Source of the DNA: an uncultured Pelagibacteraceae bacterium
GTDB taxonomy: Bacteria; Pseudomonadota; Alphaproteobacteria; Pelagibacterales; Pelagibacteraceae
Assembly (NCBI GenBank): GCA_902614975.1
Contig: CACMND010000005.1
Location: 34,765-98,764, forward strand
Direction: 5' to 3'
DNA: 64,000 bases
The position numbers and the translations under genes are program-made. Below are positions 17,519 through 27,278 of the stretch, piece after piece (the stretch's first letter is position 1; every line of letters begins with the position of its first letter). The notes under the pieces were generated by a model. That model was given only the letters and a program-made list of their open reading frames with translations. It searched no databases and was not told the origin of the DNA.

Positions 17519-18584
17519 GTGAAGAAATTATTATTTCTTTTATCATTAATACTATTCTCAACTAATTCATTTAGTAAAAATTTTAATTTTAATAAAATTA
17601 TTGAATTAGAAGCACCTTGGGGTTCGTCGTTCGTTAATGAAAATGAAATGATTGTTACCGAGAAAGGTGGCAAAATAAAATTTGTAAACATTTCTACAAG
17701 GGAAATAAATGAAATTGATCATAACTTAAATTTTGTAGAATATGGACAGGGAGGATTATTGGATATTCTGTATCATGAAGATTACATTTACATCTCATAC
17801 ACAGAAAATAGAAATAATTGGAAGACTAGTACTTCAATTGCACGTGCAAAATTTAATAAAAACAAATTAAATTTTAAAAAATATTTTTCAAGCCAATCCA
17901 CCAATTGACTCGCCCTATCATTTTGGTTCAAGACTTGCAATTAAAGACAACTATTTATTTGCTTCTGCAGGTGAAAGAGGCGGGGGAATGATTGCTCAAG
18001 ATGGAAATAAACATCCAGGAAGTATAATTAGAATTTATCTAGATGGTGGCATTCCAAAAGACAATCCTCGTTTTGAGGGGAAATCAGACTGGCTACCTGA
18101 AATATATCAAATTGGTGTAAGAAATCCTCAAGGTTTAGCTTTATCACCTTTTGATGGAAAAATTTATATGAGCAATCATGGTGCAAAAGGAGGCGATTGG
18201 TTTGGTGAAGCAAAGAAAGGTGAAAATTATGGTTGGAAAATTCTTGGATGGGGTGGCACAAATTATTCAGGTATACCAATAGGGCCAAAATGGAAACCTG
18301 GCTTTACAAAAGCCATTCAATATTGGGTTCCATCAATAGCCACAAGTGCAATCACAATTTATAAAGGTAATGAATTTAAAGATTGGAATGGTCATGCATT
18401 AATTACTTCTCTTAAAGATAAGTCTTTAAGAAAATTAGAGTTTAATGATTTATCAAACGTAAAAGAGGAAATAATATTTAAAGATAAAATTGGAAGAATC
18501 AGAGACATACAAATTCATCCTATAAATGGTAAACTATATTTTTTAAATCAAGATGGATTGTGGTTGATGGAAAATTCTAGTTAG
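17519..18584 (+). pseudogene. PQQ-dependent sugar (aldose/sorbosone) dehydrogenase, YliI-like, interrupted by a 1-nt frameshift
   Basis: ORFs 17483-17908 and 17988-18584 are N- and C-terminal parts of one beta-propeller enzyme (YHFGSRLA, GERGGG, VRNPQGLA, NHGAKGGD, ENYGW). The frames join at the A6 run 17876-17881; with A5 the reading is ...LNFKNIFQANPPIDSPYHFGSRL. A probable GTG start at 17519 gives signal peptide VKKLLFLLSLILFSTNSFS. Confidence 0.75.
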
Positions 18585-19578
18585 TATCAAAAAGCTCTTT
18601 AAATAATTTAAATTCACCAATTTTAAAAATAATTGCATCATCTTTTTTAAATCCAAATTTTTCTGCATTTTGCTTAAACCTTAAAGGGGGCTCTAATATT
18701 GGTTCAAGTGATAAGACAAAAGTTCCCCAATGCATTCCAATTACTTTTTTACTTTTTAAATCTTTAGCAAGTCCAAGGGCTTCTTCAGGGTTAGTGTGGT
18801 AAGCAGAAGAATCTTTAATTGAAGCCATAGGATAAAAATTATATGCGCCAATGTTAATAAATGTTAAATCAATTGGACCATACTTATCTCCCAATTCTTT
18901 ATATATTTTTCCAACACCAGTATCACATGAAAATAATATTTTTTTTCCTTTGTATTCAATCAAATAGCTGCCCCATAAAGTTTTGTTAGTATCCGTTAAA
19001 CTCCTTTTTGACCAGTGGACTGATGGCAAAAAAGTAATATTTAAATTCTGATTTATTCTTATTTGATCATACCAATCCATTTCATTTACATCTTTAAATC
19101 TATTAATTTTAAAATATTTTTTTAGTCCTAAAGGTAACAGGACTTTAGATTCTTTATAAGGAAATCTCATTATTGTTTTCATATCTTGATGATCGTAGTG
19201 ATTGTGAGTTAGTAGAAAAATATCTGTTCTTGGTATCTCATTAAGTTTTAATGCTGGTTCGGTAAATCTCTTTGGCCCAAAAAATAAAGGTCCTGCATTT
19301 TTTGAAAAAACTGGATCTGTTATTATTGTTATTCCCCCTAATTTTAATAAAAATGTTGCATGACCTATCCACGCTACATAATCTTCTTTTTGGAAATTAT
19401 TTAAATCAAATAAAACTTTTTCCTTTTTAATGATATTACTTTCAGGAAAAGTCATATCTAATTTTTTTTTTTCTTGGTTAAAGACCTTAAACGACCAATT
19501 GAAATTCATATCAATCACCTTTGATCCTTCAGGATTACGAAATGTGCCATTTGCTAAATGATGATATTTTTTTTTCAT
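18577..19578 (-). CDS. MBL-fold metallo-hydrolase (NAPE-PLD / beta-lactamase-fold family)
   Basis: 333 aa; LLTHNHYDHQD (HxHxDH) zinc motif. Confidence 0.75.
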   Translation of the reverse strand: MKKKYHHLANGTFRNPEGSKVIDMNFNWSFKVFNQEKKKLDMTFPESNIIKKEKVLFDLNNFQKEDYVAWIGHATFLLKLGGITIITDPVFSKNAGPLFFGPKRFTEPALKLNEIPRTDIFLLTHNHYDHQDMKTIMRFPYKESKVLLPLGLKKYFKINRFKDVNEMDWYDQIRINQNLNITFLPSVHWSKRSLTDTNKTLWGSYLIEYKGKKILFSCDTGVGKIYKELGDKYGPIDLTFINIGAYNFYPMASIKDSSAYHTNPEEALGLAKDLKSKKVIGMHWGTFVLSLEPILEPPLRFKQNAEKFGFKKDDAIIFKIGEFKLFKELFDTN

Positions 19579-19584
19579 ATCCGA

Positions 19585-20193
19585 TTAATAATTTTTTGAA
19601 ATAATATCTTGAATTGTATTACTTATAACTATTGTTCCAGCTTTGTTAGGATGTATGCCATCCTGTTGATTTAGACTTGGATCAAGAGCAACACCCTCTA
19701 GCAAAAATGGAATTAAGGGTAAATTATATTTTTTTGACAATTTAGGATAAATAGCATCAAAATTTGTTTTATACTTAGTTCCATGAGTTGTTGGCGCAAC
19801 CATCCCAGCTATTATAATTTTTATTTTTTTACTTTTAGCGATTTTAATTATTTCTTCTAAATTTCTTTCGGTTTCGTCTGGTTGAATTCCTCTAAGCATA
19901 TCATTTGCTCCAAGACCAAGGATGATTAGATCAATACCGGGTTCTGATAAACTCCATTCTGCTCTATTCAATCCACCAGAAGAAGTACTACCTGAAACAC
20001 TTCCATTTATTACCTTAATATTTAAACCACTCCTAACGAGATTACTTTCTAAAACCAAAGATAAGTGTTGCTCTTTAGGTAGACCATAACCCGCCATTAA
20101 ACTATCGCCGAATAATATAACCTTTTCTATTGCACTTGCATTTATGTGCACTAGAAAGAATAACAATATTTTTATAAATAAACTTTTATTCAT
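19585..20193 (-). CDS. tesA: SGNH/GDSL arylesterase-thioesterase (TesA-like), secreted
   Basis: ILFGDSLMAGYG block I, GLGANDM, DGIHPN block V. The Met at 20193 gives a clean signal peptide (the ORF extends to 20256). Divergent from ybbA-ybbP as in E. coli. Confidence 0.8.
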   Translation of the reverse strand: MNKSLFIKILLFFLVHINASAIEKVILFGDSLMAGYGLPKEQHLSLVLESNLVRSGLNIKVINGSVSGSTSSGGLNRAEWSLSEPGIDLIILGLGANDMLRGIQPDETERNLEEIIKIAKSKKIKIIIAGMVAPTTHGTKYKTNFDAIYPKLSKKYNLPLIPFLLEGVALDPSLNQQDGIHPNKAGTIVISNTIQDIISKNY

Positions 20194-20857
20194 GAACACA
20201 CTTCTTAAATTAAAAAAAATAAATCTCAAATACCAAACTGGGAAGGACAATATCAATGTTTTAAAAAATATTGATTTAACTATAAAAAAAAAAGAAACTG
20301 TATCTGTGGTTGGAGAAAGTGGGTCAGGAAAAACAAGCTTGATTATGCTTATTGGTGGACTAGAACGTCCAACCTCAGGGAAAATTATATTTCAAGACAG
20401 GGAAATAACAAATCTTAATGAAGACGAAGTATCTGAAATTAGAAAGCAAAATATAGGAATTATATTTCAATCTTTCTATTTAATTCCAAATTATACAGCT
20501 GTTGAAAATGTAGCTTTAACACTTGAACTTAATGAATTTAAAAATCCAGAGAAAGAAGCAAAAAGTTTATTAGATCGATTTGGTCTAAAACATAGATTCA
20601 ATAATCTTCCAAGTCAATTATCTGGCGGAGAGCAACAACGTGTGGCGATTGCAAGAGCTATTGCAATGAAACCAGATTTGATTTTAGCTGATGAACCAAC
20701 TGGTAATCTTGATACCGAAAACTCAATAATGATCTCTGAAATTTTATTTAAATACGTCAAAGAAGAAGGGTCTTCTTTAATAATGGTCACACATGATCCA
20801 AAATTAGCAGACAAAGCAAAACGAAAAATTAAAATCAAAGATGGAAAAATTAAATAA
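20192..20857 (+). CDS. ybbA: ABC transporter ATP-binding protein (YbbA-like)
   Basis: Walker A GESGSGKTS, signature LSGGEQQRVAIARA, Walker B LILADEPTGNLD; likely start is the Met at 20192 (the ORF extends to 20144). Confidence 0.85.
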   Translation: MNTLLKLKKINLKYQTGKDNINVLKNIDLTIKKKETVSVVGESGSGKTSLIMLIGGLERPTSGKIIFQDREITNLNEDEVSEIRKQNIGIIFQSFYLIPNYTAVENVALTLELNEFKNPEKEAKSLLDRFGLKHRFNNLPSQLSGGEQQRVAIARAIAMKPDLILADEPTGNLDTENSIMISEILFKYVKEEGSSLIMVTHDPKLADKAKRKIKIKDGKIK

Positions 20858-23378
20858 TTCTTCGGAGTTAAGTTTAATATTCAAGTATGCTTTAAAGGAT
20901 TTAAGCAGAAATTATAAAAAAATTTCAAGCATTATTGTAACGCTGTTTATCAGTCTTTTTATTTTAAGTGCCATCTTTACAATCGAAGATAGTTTAAAAA
21001 AAGAGCTTAATGATAATGCAAAAGTTCTTTTGGGTGGAGATCTCGAAATCGATTATAACCGTAATCAGGGGGATCTTAATTTAGTCAATAAAGTAAAGGA
21101 ATTTTCAACTGTCTCACAAATGATGGAGTTCAGTACAATGCTTTCTACGACAGGCAGAGAAAAAAATAAATCATTATTTACAAGGATTAAAACAGTTGAT
21201 GAAAAATATCCACTTTACGGTGAAGTTGTTTATGAGCCAGAAGATGCTTATGAAAGAATGCAAAAGGAACCCAAGACAATTTTGATTAATGAAAGTTTAT
21301 CAAAAACTTTAAAGATAAAAATAAATGACAAAGTTAAGGTACAAGATCAAAGTTTCATAGTTGTTGGAATTATAAAATCTGTACCTGATGTCAGTGGGTT
21401 TGTAGCTTTTGGAGATTGGGCATTGGCAGGAAAACAAACTTTAGAGATACTAAAACTAAATGGAATAGGTAGTTTTTTAAATTATGAATATAAAGTAAAG
21501 TTTAAACCAAGTGATGATCCAGAAAAAATAGAAAGTAAGATCAAAGATATTTTTAAAGATGACCAAAAAGTAAAACTTAGATTTCCAGAAAATTCAGCTA
21601 GTGGCTTAAAAAGGATAATTAATAATTTTTCCCAATTTCTCTCTTTAGTTTCAATTAGTGCAATGTTAATTGCTGGAATAGGTATCGCTAATACATTGTT
21701 GTCATTTATAAATCAGAATAATATGTCTATAGCTGTAAGAAAAGCTGTAGGATTTTATTCAGGGAATATAAAAATACTTTATTATCTTCAATTATTTATA
21801 TTATTATTTATTATTACTGTAATTTCCTATGGCTCAAGTTTTTTAATTGTACCAATTGCAGACAAATATTTATCTGATGGGTTGGGATTAAATGTTTATC
21901 CAAAATTCTCTTTAATTAATTTTATAAAAATATTTATTGTAGGTTTGTTAGTTCTTATAATTTTTTCAATACCAACAATAAGTTCAATTGATCAAATTAA
22001 AGCATCAAACCTATTTAGAAATGTATTCCAAAACCTACAATTTTATTACTCAAAAAAGTCAGTTATTTTAAGTTTTATCTTGTTATCATTTTTAGTTTTA
22101 TTGTTTACGCTGGGATCTGAAAGACCTTCTTATAGCTTGGGTTATTTTCTGGCTTTTTTTATATGTCTAATTGTATTTTTTTTACTTTCAAAGATTATAA
22201 TTTATTTACTAAAAAAGTTTAATTTTATTTCAAATATCTCTTTAAAAGTATCGATAAAAAATATAACTCAAACAAAAAGTATTACTCCTATCACAATCAT
22301 GTCTTTAGGCTTAGGTGTAACTTTATTATTAACTTTAGCTTTGGTTGGAACAAATTTTAAGAGAGAAATTGCAAGATCTATTCCAGATATTGCACCTGAT
22401 TATTTTTTTGTTGGAATTCAAAAGGGTGAAAAGAAAAAATTTGAACAAGGTGTTTACAAAATGGACCCTGATGCGAACATTGAAATAGTACCTATGGTTT
22501 CTTCCGGAATAGTAAAAATTAATGGTGTGAATCCAAATAGCTATATTAAACCAGATAATGATAGTTATTGGGTAATTGGAAGTGAAAGAAGATCTTCTTG
22601 GGTTGAAAATATACCAAAAGATAACCCAATTTTAAAAGGGAAATGGTGGGATTTATCTAAACCTAACCAACTTCAGATATCACTTGATGCAAAAGTGGCT
22701 GAAGATTTTAATATTGAGTTGGGGGATATTTTTACTTTAAACATTTATGGTCGAGAAATTGATGGAGAAATAGTTAATTTTAGAGAAGTTGATTATCGTG
22801 ATCTAAGTATTAATTTTGCCATGTTATTTAATCCACAATTTGCAAAAAAAATTCCTCATGAATATTTAGCAACTGCTAAATTTAAAAATCCAGATAATTT
22901 TGATGAAACCAAAATGTTAGAAGTATTACCGAGTTTGTCTATGATAAAAATTGCTGATTACTTAAACAAAGTAACATCAGTTTTAAATAAAGTCTTCATA
23001 GCTGTAACTCTAATTTCTGGTGTAACAATTGTCATTGGATTGATTGTTATCTCAAGTGCTATAATGGTCCAAGGAAAAGTGAAAGAGTACCAAAATCTTG
23101 TATTTAAAATTTTAGGTTTTTCAAAAAAAGAAATTATATTTTCGTCTTTGATAGAATTTACAATTATTTTTATGTCGGTAATATTAATTGCAATTTTTTT
23201 TGCAGTAATTGGATCAAAATTTATTATGGAGAATATTTTTGAATTAGTTTGGCAATTTGATTTTAAAGTTTTAATTTACCTTGGTGCCTCTATAGGAACT
23301 GTGACCTTGATTTTAATTATGCTAACTAATCTTAAATACTTAAGTCCTAAAGTTTATCCATTAATAAGAAATCAATAG
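20841..23378 (+). CDS. ybbP: ABC transporter permease, FtsX-like duplicated (YbbP-like)
   Basis: 845 aa, two FtsX-type 4-TM modules separated by large periplasmic domains; follows ybbA with overlap. Confidence 0.8.
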   Translation: MEKLNNSSELSLIFKYALKDLSRNYKKISSIIVTLFISLFILSAIFTIEDSLKKELNDNAKVLLGGDLEIDYNRNQGDLNLVNKVKEFSTVSQMMEFSTMLSTTGREKNKSLFTRIKTVDEKYPLYGEVVYEPEDAYERMQKEPKTILINESLSKTLKIKINDKVKVQDQSFIVVGIIKSVPDVSGFVAFGDWALAGKQTLEILKLNGIGSFLNYEYKVKFKPSDDPEKIESKIKDIFKDDQKVKLRFPENSASGLKRIINNFSQFLSLVSISAMLIAGIGIANTLLSFINQNNMSIAVRKAVGFYSGNIKILYYLQLFILLFIITVISYGSSFLIVPIADKYLSDGLGLNVYPKFSLINFIKIFIVGLLVLIIFSIPTISSIDQIKASNLFRNVFQNLQFYYSKKSVILSFILLSFLVLLFTLGSERPSYSLGYFLAFFICLIVFFLLSKIIIYLLKKFNFISNISLKVSIKNITQTKSITPITIMSLGLGVTLLLTLALVGTNFKREIARSIPDIAPDYFFVGIQKGEKKKFEQGVYKMDPDANIEIVPMVSSGIVKINGVNPNSYIKPDNDSYWVIGSERRSSWVENIPKDNPILKGKWWDLSKPNQLQISLDAKVAEDFNIELGDIFTLNIYGREIDGEIVNFREVDYRDLSINFAMLFNPQFAKKIPHEYLATAKFKNPDNFDETKMLEVLPSLSMIKIADYLNKVTSVLNKVFIAVTLISGVTIVIGLIVISSAIMVQGKVKEYQNLVFKILGFSKKEIIFSSLIEFTIIFMSVILIAIFFAVIGSKFIMENIFELVWQFDFKVLIYLGASIGTVTLILIMLTNLKYLSPKVYPLIRNQ

Positions 23379-23384
23379 TAAATT

Positions 23385-24230
23385 TTATTTATTCGCTCTC
23401 TTAAAACATTCAATTGTATTTTTAAGTAAACATGCAATAGTCATAGGTCCTACTCCACCTGGAACTGGAGTTAAAGCTTTTGCAACTTTTGATACTTCCT
23501 CAAATGCAACATCGCCAACTAAGCCATTTTCAGTTTTATTAATTCCAACATCAATAACAATTGCATCTTTTTTAACCCAATCACCTTTTACAAGCTCAGG
23601 GATCCCAACAGCAGCAACTATAATATCTCCTTTTAAACATTCACCTTTAAGATCAATTGTTTTTGAATGAGTAATTGTAACTGTACAATTTTCTTTCAAC
23701 AACAACTGTGTCATTGGCTTGCCATTTAAATTTGATCTTCCAACAATTACAGCCCTTTTTCCATTAAGGTTTGGTTCAATTTTTTTTATTAATAAATAAC
23801 AACCTAAAGGAGTGCATGGAATAGAACTTTCATAACCTGACGACAGATTACCAACATTCATGGGATGAAATCCATCTACATCTTTCTCTGGCATAATTGC
23901 CTCTATAACTTTTTGTTTATCAATATGTTTAGGAAGTGGGAGCTGAACTAAAATTCCTGAAACAGAATCGTCATTATTAAGTTCATCGATTTTTTTTAAA
24001 ACTTCTCTTTCTTCAACACTCTCAGGGTATCTAATCACCTCTGATTTAAGACCTACTTCGTTGGCAGATTTTTCTTTATTTCTAACATAAATTTGACTAG
24101 GTGCTAAATCACCAATCAATATGACTGTTAAACCTGGTACTTTATTATGCTTTTCTTTTAAAGATAAGACTTCTTTCTTGAGCTCTTCTCTTAAATCAGC
24201 AGCAGCTTTTTTTCCATCAATTAAAATCAT
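23385..24230 (-). CDS. folD: bifunctional methylenetetrahydrofolate dehydrogenase / methenyl-THF cyclohydrolase
   Basis: 281 aa; ILIDGK start, YVRNKEK, VQLPLP, GRSNLNGKP, TPVPGGVGPMT motifs. Confidence 0.95.
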   Translation of the reverse strand: MILIDGKKAAADLREELKKEVLSLKEKHNKVPGLTVILIGDLAPSQIYVRNKEKSANEVGLKSEVIRYPESVEEREVLKKIDELNNDDSVSGILVQLPLPKHIDKQKVIEAIMPEKDVDGFHPMNVGNLSSGYESSIPCTPLGCYLLIKKIEPNLNGKRAVIVGRSNLNGKPMTQLLLKENCTVTITHSKTIDLKGECLKGDIIVAAVGIPELVKGDWVKKDAIVIDVGINKTENGLVGDVAFEEVSKVAKALTPVPGGVGPMTIACLLKNTIECFKRANK

Positions 24231-24233
24231 TTA

Positions 24234-24524
24234 TTAAAATATTAGTGGTGCAATGTAGAGTTTCATACACATTTCCATGAACCATATCAACAAAAGAAGT
24301 ACGATAGGAGAAATATCGAAAGCACCAAGGTTAGGTAAAAATCTTCTAATTCTCTTTAAAATCGGTTCTGTCATTTTATAAGTGAAATCTAATATTAAAT
24401 ATACAAATCGATTGCTTGTATTTAGTACATTAAAAGCGACCAACCAACTTATAACGACATTGGCAATTACAACATATGAATAAAGTTTTAAAATTTGAAG
24501 AGCCAAATAAAATATAGCAATCAT
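24234..24524 (-). CDS. YggT family membrane protein
   Basis: 96 aa, TEPILKRIRRFLP...FDISPIV motif typical of YggT. Confidence 0.7.
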   Translation of the reverse strand: MIAIFYLALQILKLYSYVVIANVVISWLVAFNVLNTSNRFVYLILDFTYKMTEPILKRIRRFLPNLGAFDISPIVLLLLIWFMEMCMKLYIAPLIF

Positions 24525-25606
24525 TTTTTTTCAACATAAATAGACTGACTTGGAAATGCAAAAGCAGCTCCCTTACCTTCAACAATTTTTTTTATTTCAA
24601 GTGCCAAATTTTCTTTTACTTGTAAATAATTAGTCCAACTATTTGTTTTTGTAAAACATCTAACATACATATCAATCGAGCTATCTGAAAACTTATCTAT
24701 TCTCACGGCGACTCCTACAGACTGGTCATAATCGTCACCTTTATTTATGTGATTTTCAATTTCGTCTCTTATTGTTTTCAATTGATCAATTGTAGTGTCA
24801 TATTGAAGGGTTATTATCCAATTAATAGCCCAGTTAGTCTTTCTTGTGTTATTAATTACTGCATTTTCTGCAAATTGAAAATTAGGAATAATTGCCAGTG
24901 ATTTATCAAATTTTCTTATAACAGTTGATCTAAATCCAATATTCTCAACAACCCCTTCGATAACTCCCTCAACTTTAATCCAATCACCAATTCTAAATCT
25001 TTTTTCAACTAAAACTAAAATTCCTGAGATTAAATTTTTAAATAAATCCTGAGCGCCTAATGCTACTGCTACTCCAAATAAACCTAACCCTGCAATTATT
25101 GGTCCAATTTTAATTCCCCATAACTCAAGAACAGCAGCTGCGCCTAAAATAAAAATTAAAATTTTAAGAGACTTTATAATCCAGCCTATTAATTCTTTTG
25201 TCAGGACTTTATCTAATCCACTTAAAATATATGATATAGGCTCAATTATCTGATGTATTATCCAAAATATTAAAATTGTTATTAGAGTTCTGTTAACGTT
25301 ATCTATGAAACCCCTAGTCTCATTATCAAATGACATATAATAGCTTGCAAAAAAGACACCAAGAACAATTGGAAGAAACCTAGCAGGACCTTCCATAGAT
25401 TTTACAAAAGTATCATCTAATTTATTGGTTGTTCTTTTTGAAATTAATTCCAATTTTTTTATTACAAGTTTACTGATTAGACCTCTAAATATTAAAAATA
25501 ATACAAATATTCCAAGACCTACTATTATCTGAAAGAAATCTACCCCAAGAATACCCTGCTTCCAAACAGATAAAAATAACTCATTTAGTTTATTTAAAAC
25601 GTCCAT
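24521..25606 (-). CDS. mechanosensitive ion channel (MscS family)
   Basis: 361 aa; TM helices followed by FRIGDWIKVEGVIEGVVENIGFRST beta-domain motif of MscS. Confidence 0.8.
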   Translation of the reverse strand: MDVLNKLNELFLSVWKQGILGVDFFQIIVGLGIFVLFLIFRGLISKLVIKKLELISKRTTNKLDDTFVKSMEGPARFLPIVLGVFFASYYMSFDNETRGFIDNVNRTLITILIFWIIHQIIEPISYILSGLDKVLTKELIGWIIKSLKILIFILGAAAVLELWGIKIGPIIAGLGLFGVAVALGAQDLFKNLISGILVLVEKRFRIGDWIKVEGVIEGVVENIGFRSTVIRKFDKSLAIIPNFQFAENAVINNTRKTNWAINWIITLQYDTTIDQLKTIRDEIENHINKGDDYDQSVGVAVRIDKFSDSSIDMYVRCFTKTNSWTNYLQVKENLALEIKKIVEGKGAAFAFPSQSIYVEKK

Positions 25607-25608
25607 TT

Positions 25609-26307
25609 TTAAATTTTATATAGCAAAAACTCCTCTTCACCAGGGTTAAAAAGAAAAATTTTTTTCCATTTTATGTCATTCAATACTGATGATGCTTTTT
25701 CGCCCATACACATTAGGTTAGTTTCCATCCAAATATTATCTAAATTATATTTTTTTATTAACGTAAAAAATGTCTTCGCACTATTTTCAGAATATATGTA
25801 AACAATTTCTGGCACAGAAGATTTAATATTTTTTAAAAAATCGTCACTTAAATTTTCATTGGGTATTGCAGTATAATTTATAATTCGCTTGATGACATAG
25901 TTTTCTGAAATTAAGTCTTGATCAAGATTATAAGAAACAATTTCTCCACTTAAATATAGCATTGATCCAATCTTAGGATCAAAATTTTGAAGTATTAACT
26001 CTTTAAGATTGTTTACATTTCCGTCTGCACAGTAAATATTTTGAAAACCTAATTCTTTTGCTTTTCTTTCAGTTACAATACCAACACAAAAACAAAAAAT
26101 ATTTTTATCAATTTTTGAAATATCTAAATTTTTTATAGCATTAGCACTTGTAAAAATAATTGCTTTAAATTGATTAAGATCTATTTCAGGTATTTCTTTC
26201 TTTTTAATTTGCAACAAAGGTAAATGCGAAACTTTATGATTCAGTGAACTAAATTTTAATATTAATTCTTTGCTATCATCCAATGGTCTGGTTAATAAAA
26301 TATGCAT
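25609..26307 (-). CDS. hemD: uroporphyrinogen-III synthase
   Basis: 232 aa; ILLTRP N-terminus, IIFTSANA block, immediately downstream of hemC. Confidence 0.65.
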   Translation of the reverse strand: MHILLTRPLDDSKELILKFSSLNHKVSHLPLLQIKKKEIPEIDLNQFKAIIFTSANAIKNLDISKIDKNIFCFCVGIVTERKAKELGFQNIYCADGNVNNLKELILQNFDPKIGSMLYLSGEIVSYNLDQDLISENYVIKRIINYTAIPNENLSDDFLKNIKSSVPEIVYIYSENSAKTFFTLIKKYNLDNIWMETNLMCMGEKASSVLNDIKWKKIFLFNPGEEEFLLYKI

Positions 26308-26308
26308 A

Positions 26309-27220
26309 CTAATTTTTATAAGAACCTTTTGATTGTAACTTAAGTTTTTCTCCTATCATTCTACTAGCAGTTTCTATTTTATCTTTTTTTACTGTTTCTC
26401 TAATAAAATATCTCATTTTTCCATCTACAGAAAAGAGTTCGGTTACCAATTCTACATTTCCACCAGTAATTTTTGCAAATACCCCTACTGCTGTATCACA
26501 ATCTCCTTCTAGAACTTTCAAAACCTCTCTTTCAGCATTTGCTAAAATTCTAGTTTCAATATCATTAATTTTTTCTAGCAAATCTATAATATCACTATCA
26601 TTTTTTTTACATTGTATTGCAATGATTCCTTGTCCAGCACAAGGTACGAGTTCATCAACACTAAATTCTTGTGTGATTTTATTTTGTAATTTTAATGAAT
26701 CTATGCCAGCTTTAGAAAGTAGAATTGCATCAAATTCACCATTTTCTAATTTTTGAATTCTTGTATCTACATTTCCTCTGATTAATTTATATTTTAAATC
26801 AGATCTTTTTTTCTTTAATTGAAATTCCCTTCTGAAGGAAGAGGTGCCAATTACAGAGTTAGGCGCTAGATCCTCAAATTTTGTATTGTTTTTACTAATT
26901 AATATTTCATTTGGTGAATTTCTTTTTAAAAAATTGTTTGTCAAAAGACTCTCTGTTTCGATTGTTGGCATATCTTTTAGTGCATGCACAGCAATATCAA
27001 TATCCTCATTAAGTAATTCTTTTTCAATTTGCTCTGCAAATAATCCTTTGCCACCTATATCAGACAACCGTTGGTCTTGTTTTTGATCTCCTGTTGTTAC
27101 TATTTTTTTTAGTTTTATTTCATTTGGAAAAATTTTATGTAATTCATTTTTTACTTTTTCCGCGTAAATTAATGCTAACTTGCTACCTCTTGTTCCAATT
27201 GTTAGAGTATTTTTTTTCAT
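26309..27220 (-). CDS. hemC: hydroxymethylbilane synthase (porphobilinogen deaminase)
   Basis: 303 aa; IGTRGSKLAL, VHALKDMP, RGNVDTR, cofactor Cys context EGDCDTAVG. Confidence 0.9.
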   Translation of the reverse strand: MKKNTLTIGTRGSKLALIYAEKVKNELHKIFPNEIKLKKIVTTGDQKQDQRLSDIGGKGLFAEQIEKELLNEDIDIAVHALKDMPTIETESLLTNNFLKRNSPNEILISKNNTKFEDLAPNSVIGTSSFRREFQLKKKRSDLKYKLIRGNVDTRIQKLENGEFDAILLSKAGIDSLKLQNKITQEFSVDELVPCAGQGIIAIQCKKNDSDIIDLLEKINDIETRILANAEREVLKVLEGDCDTAVGVFAKITGGNVELVTELFSVDGKMRYFIRETVKKDKIETASRMIGEKLKLQSKGSYKN

Positions 27221-27278
27221 AAAACTTATTTTTATTACAATCTTATAGATTAATTGTAATAATTAAAAAAAATAATTT

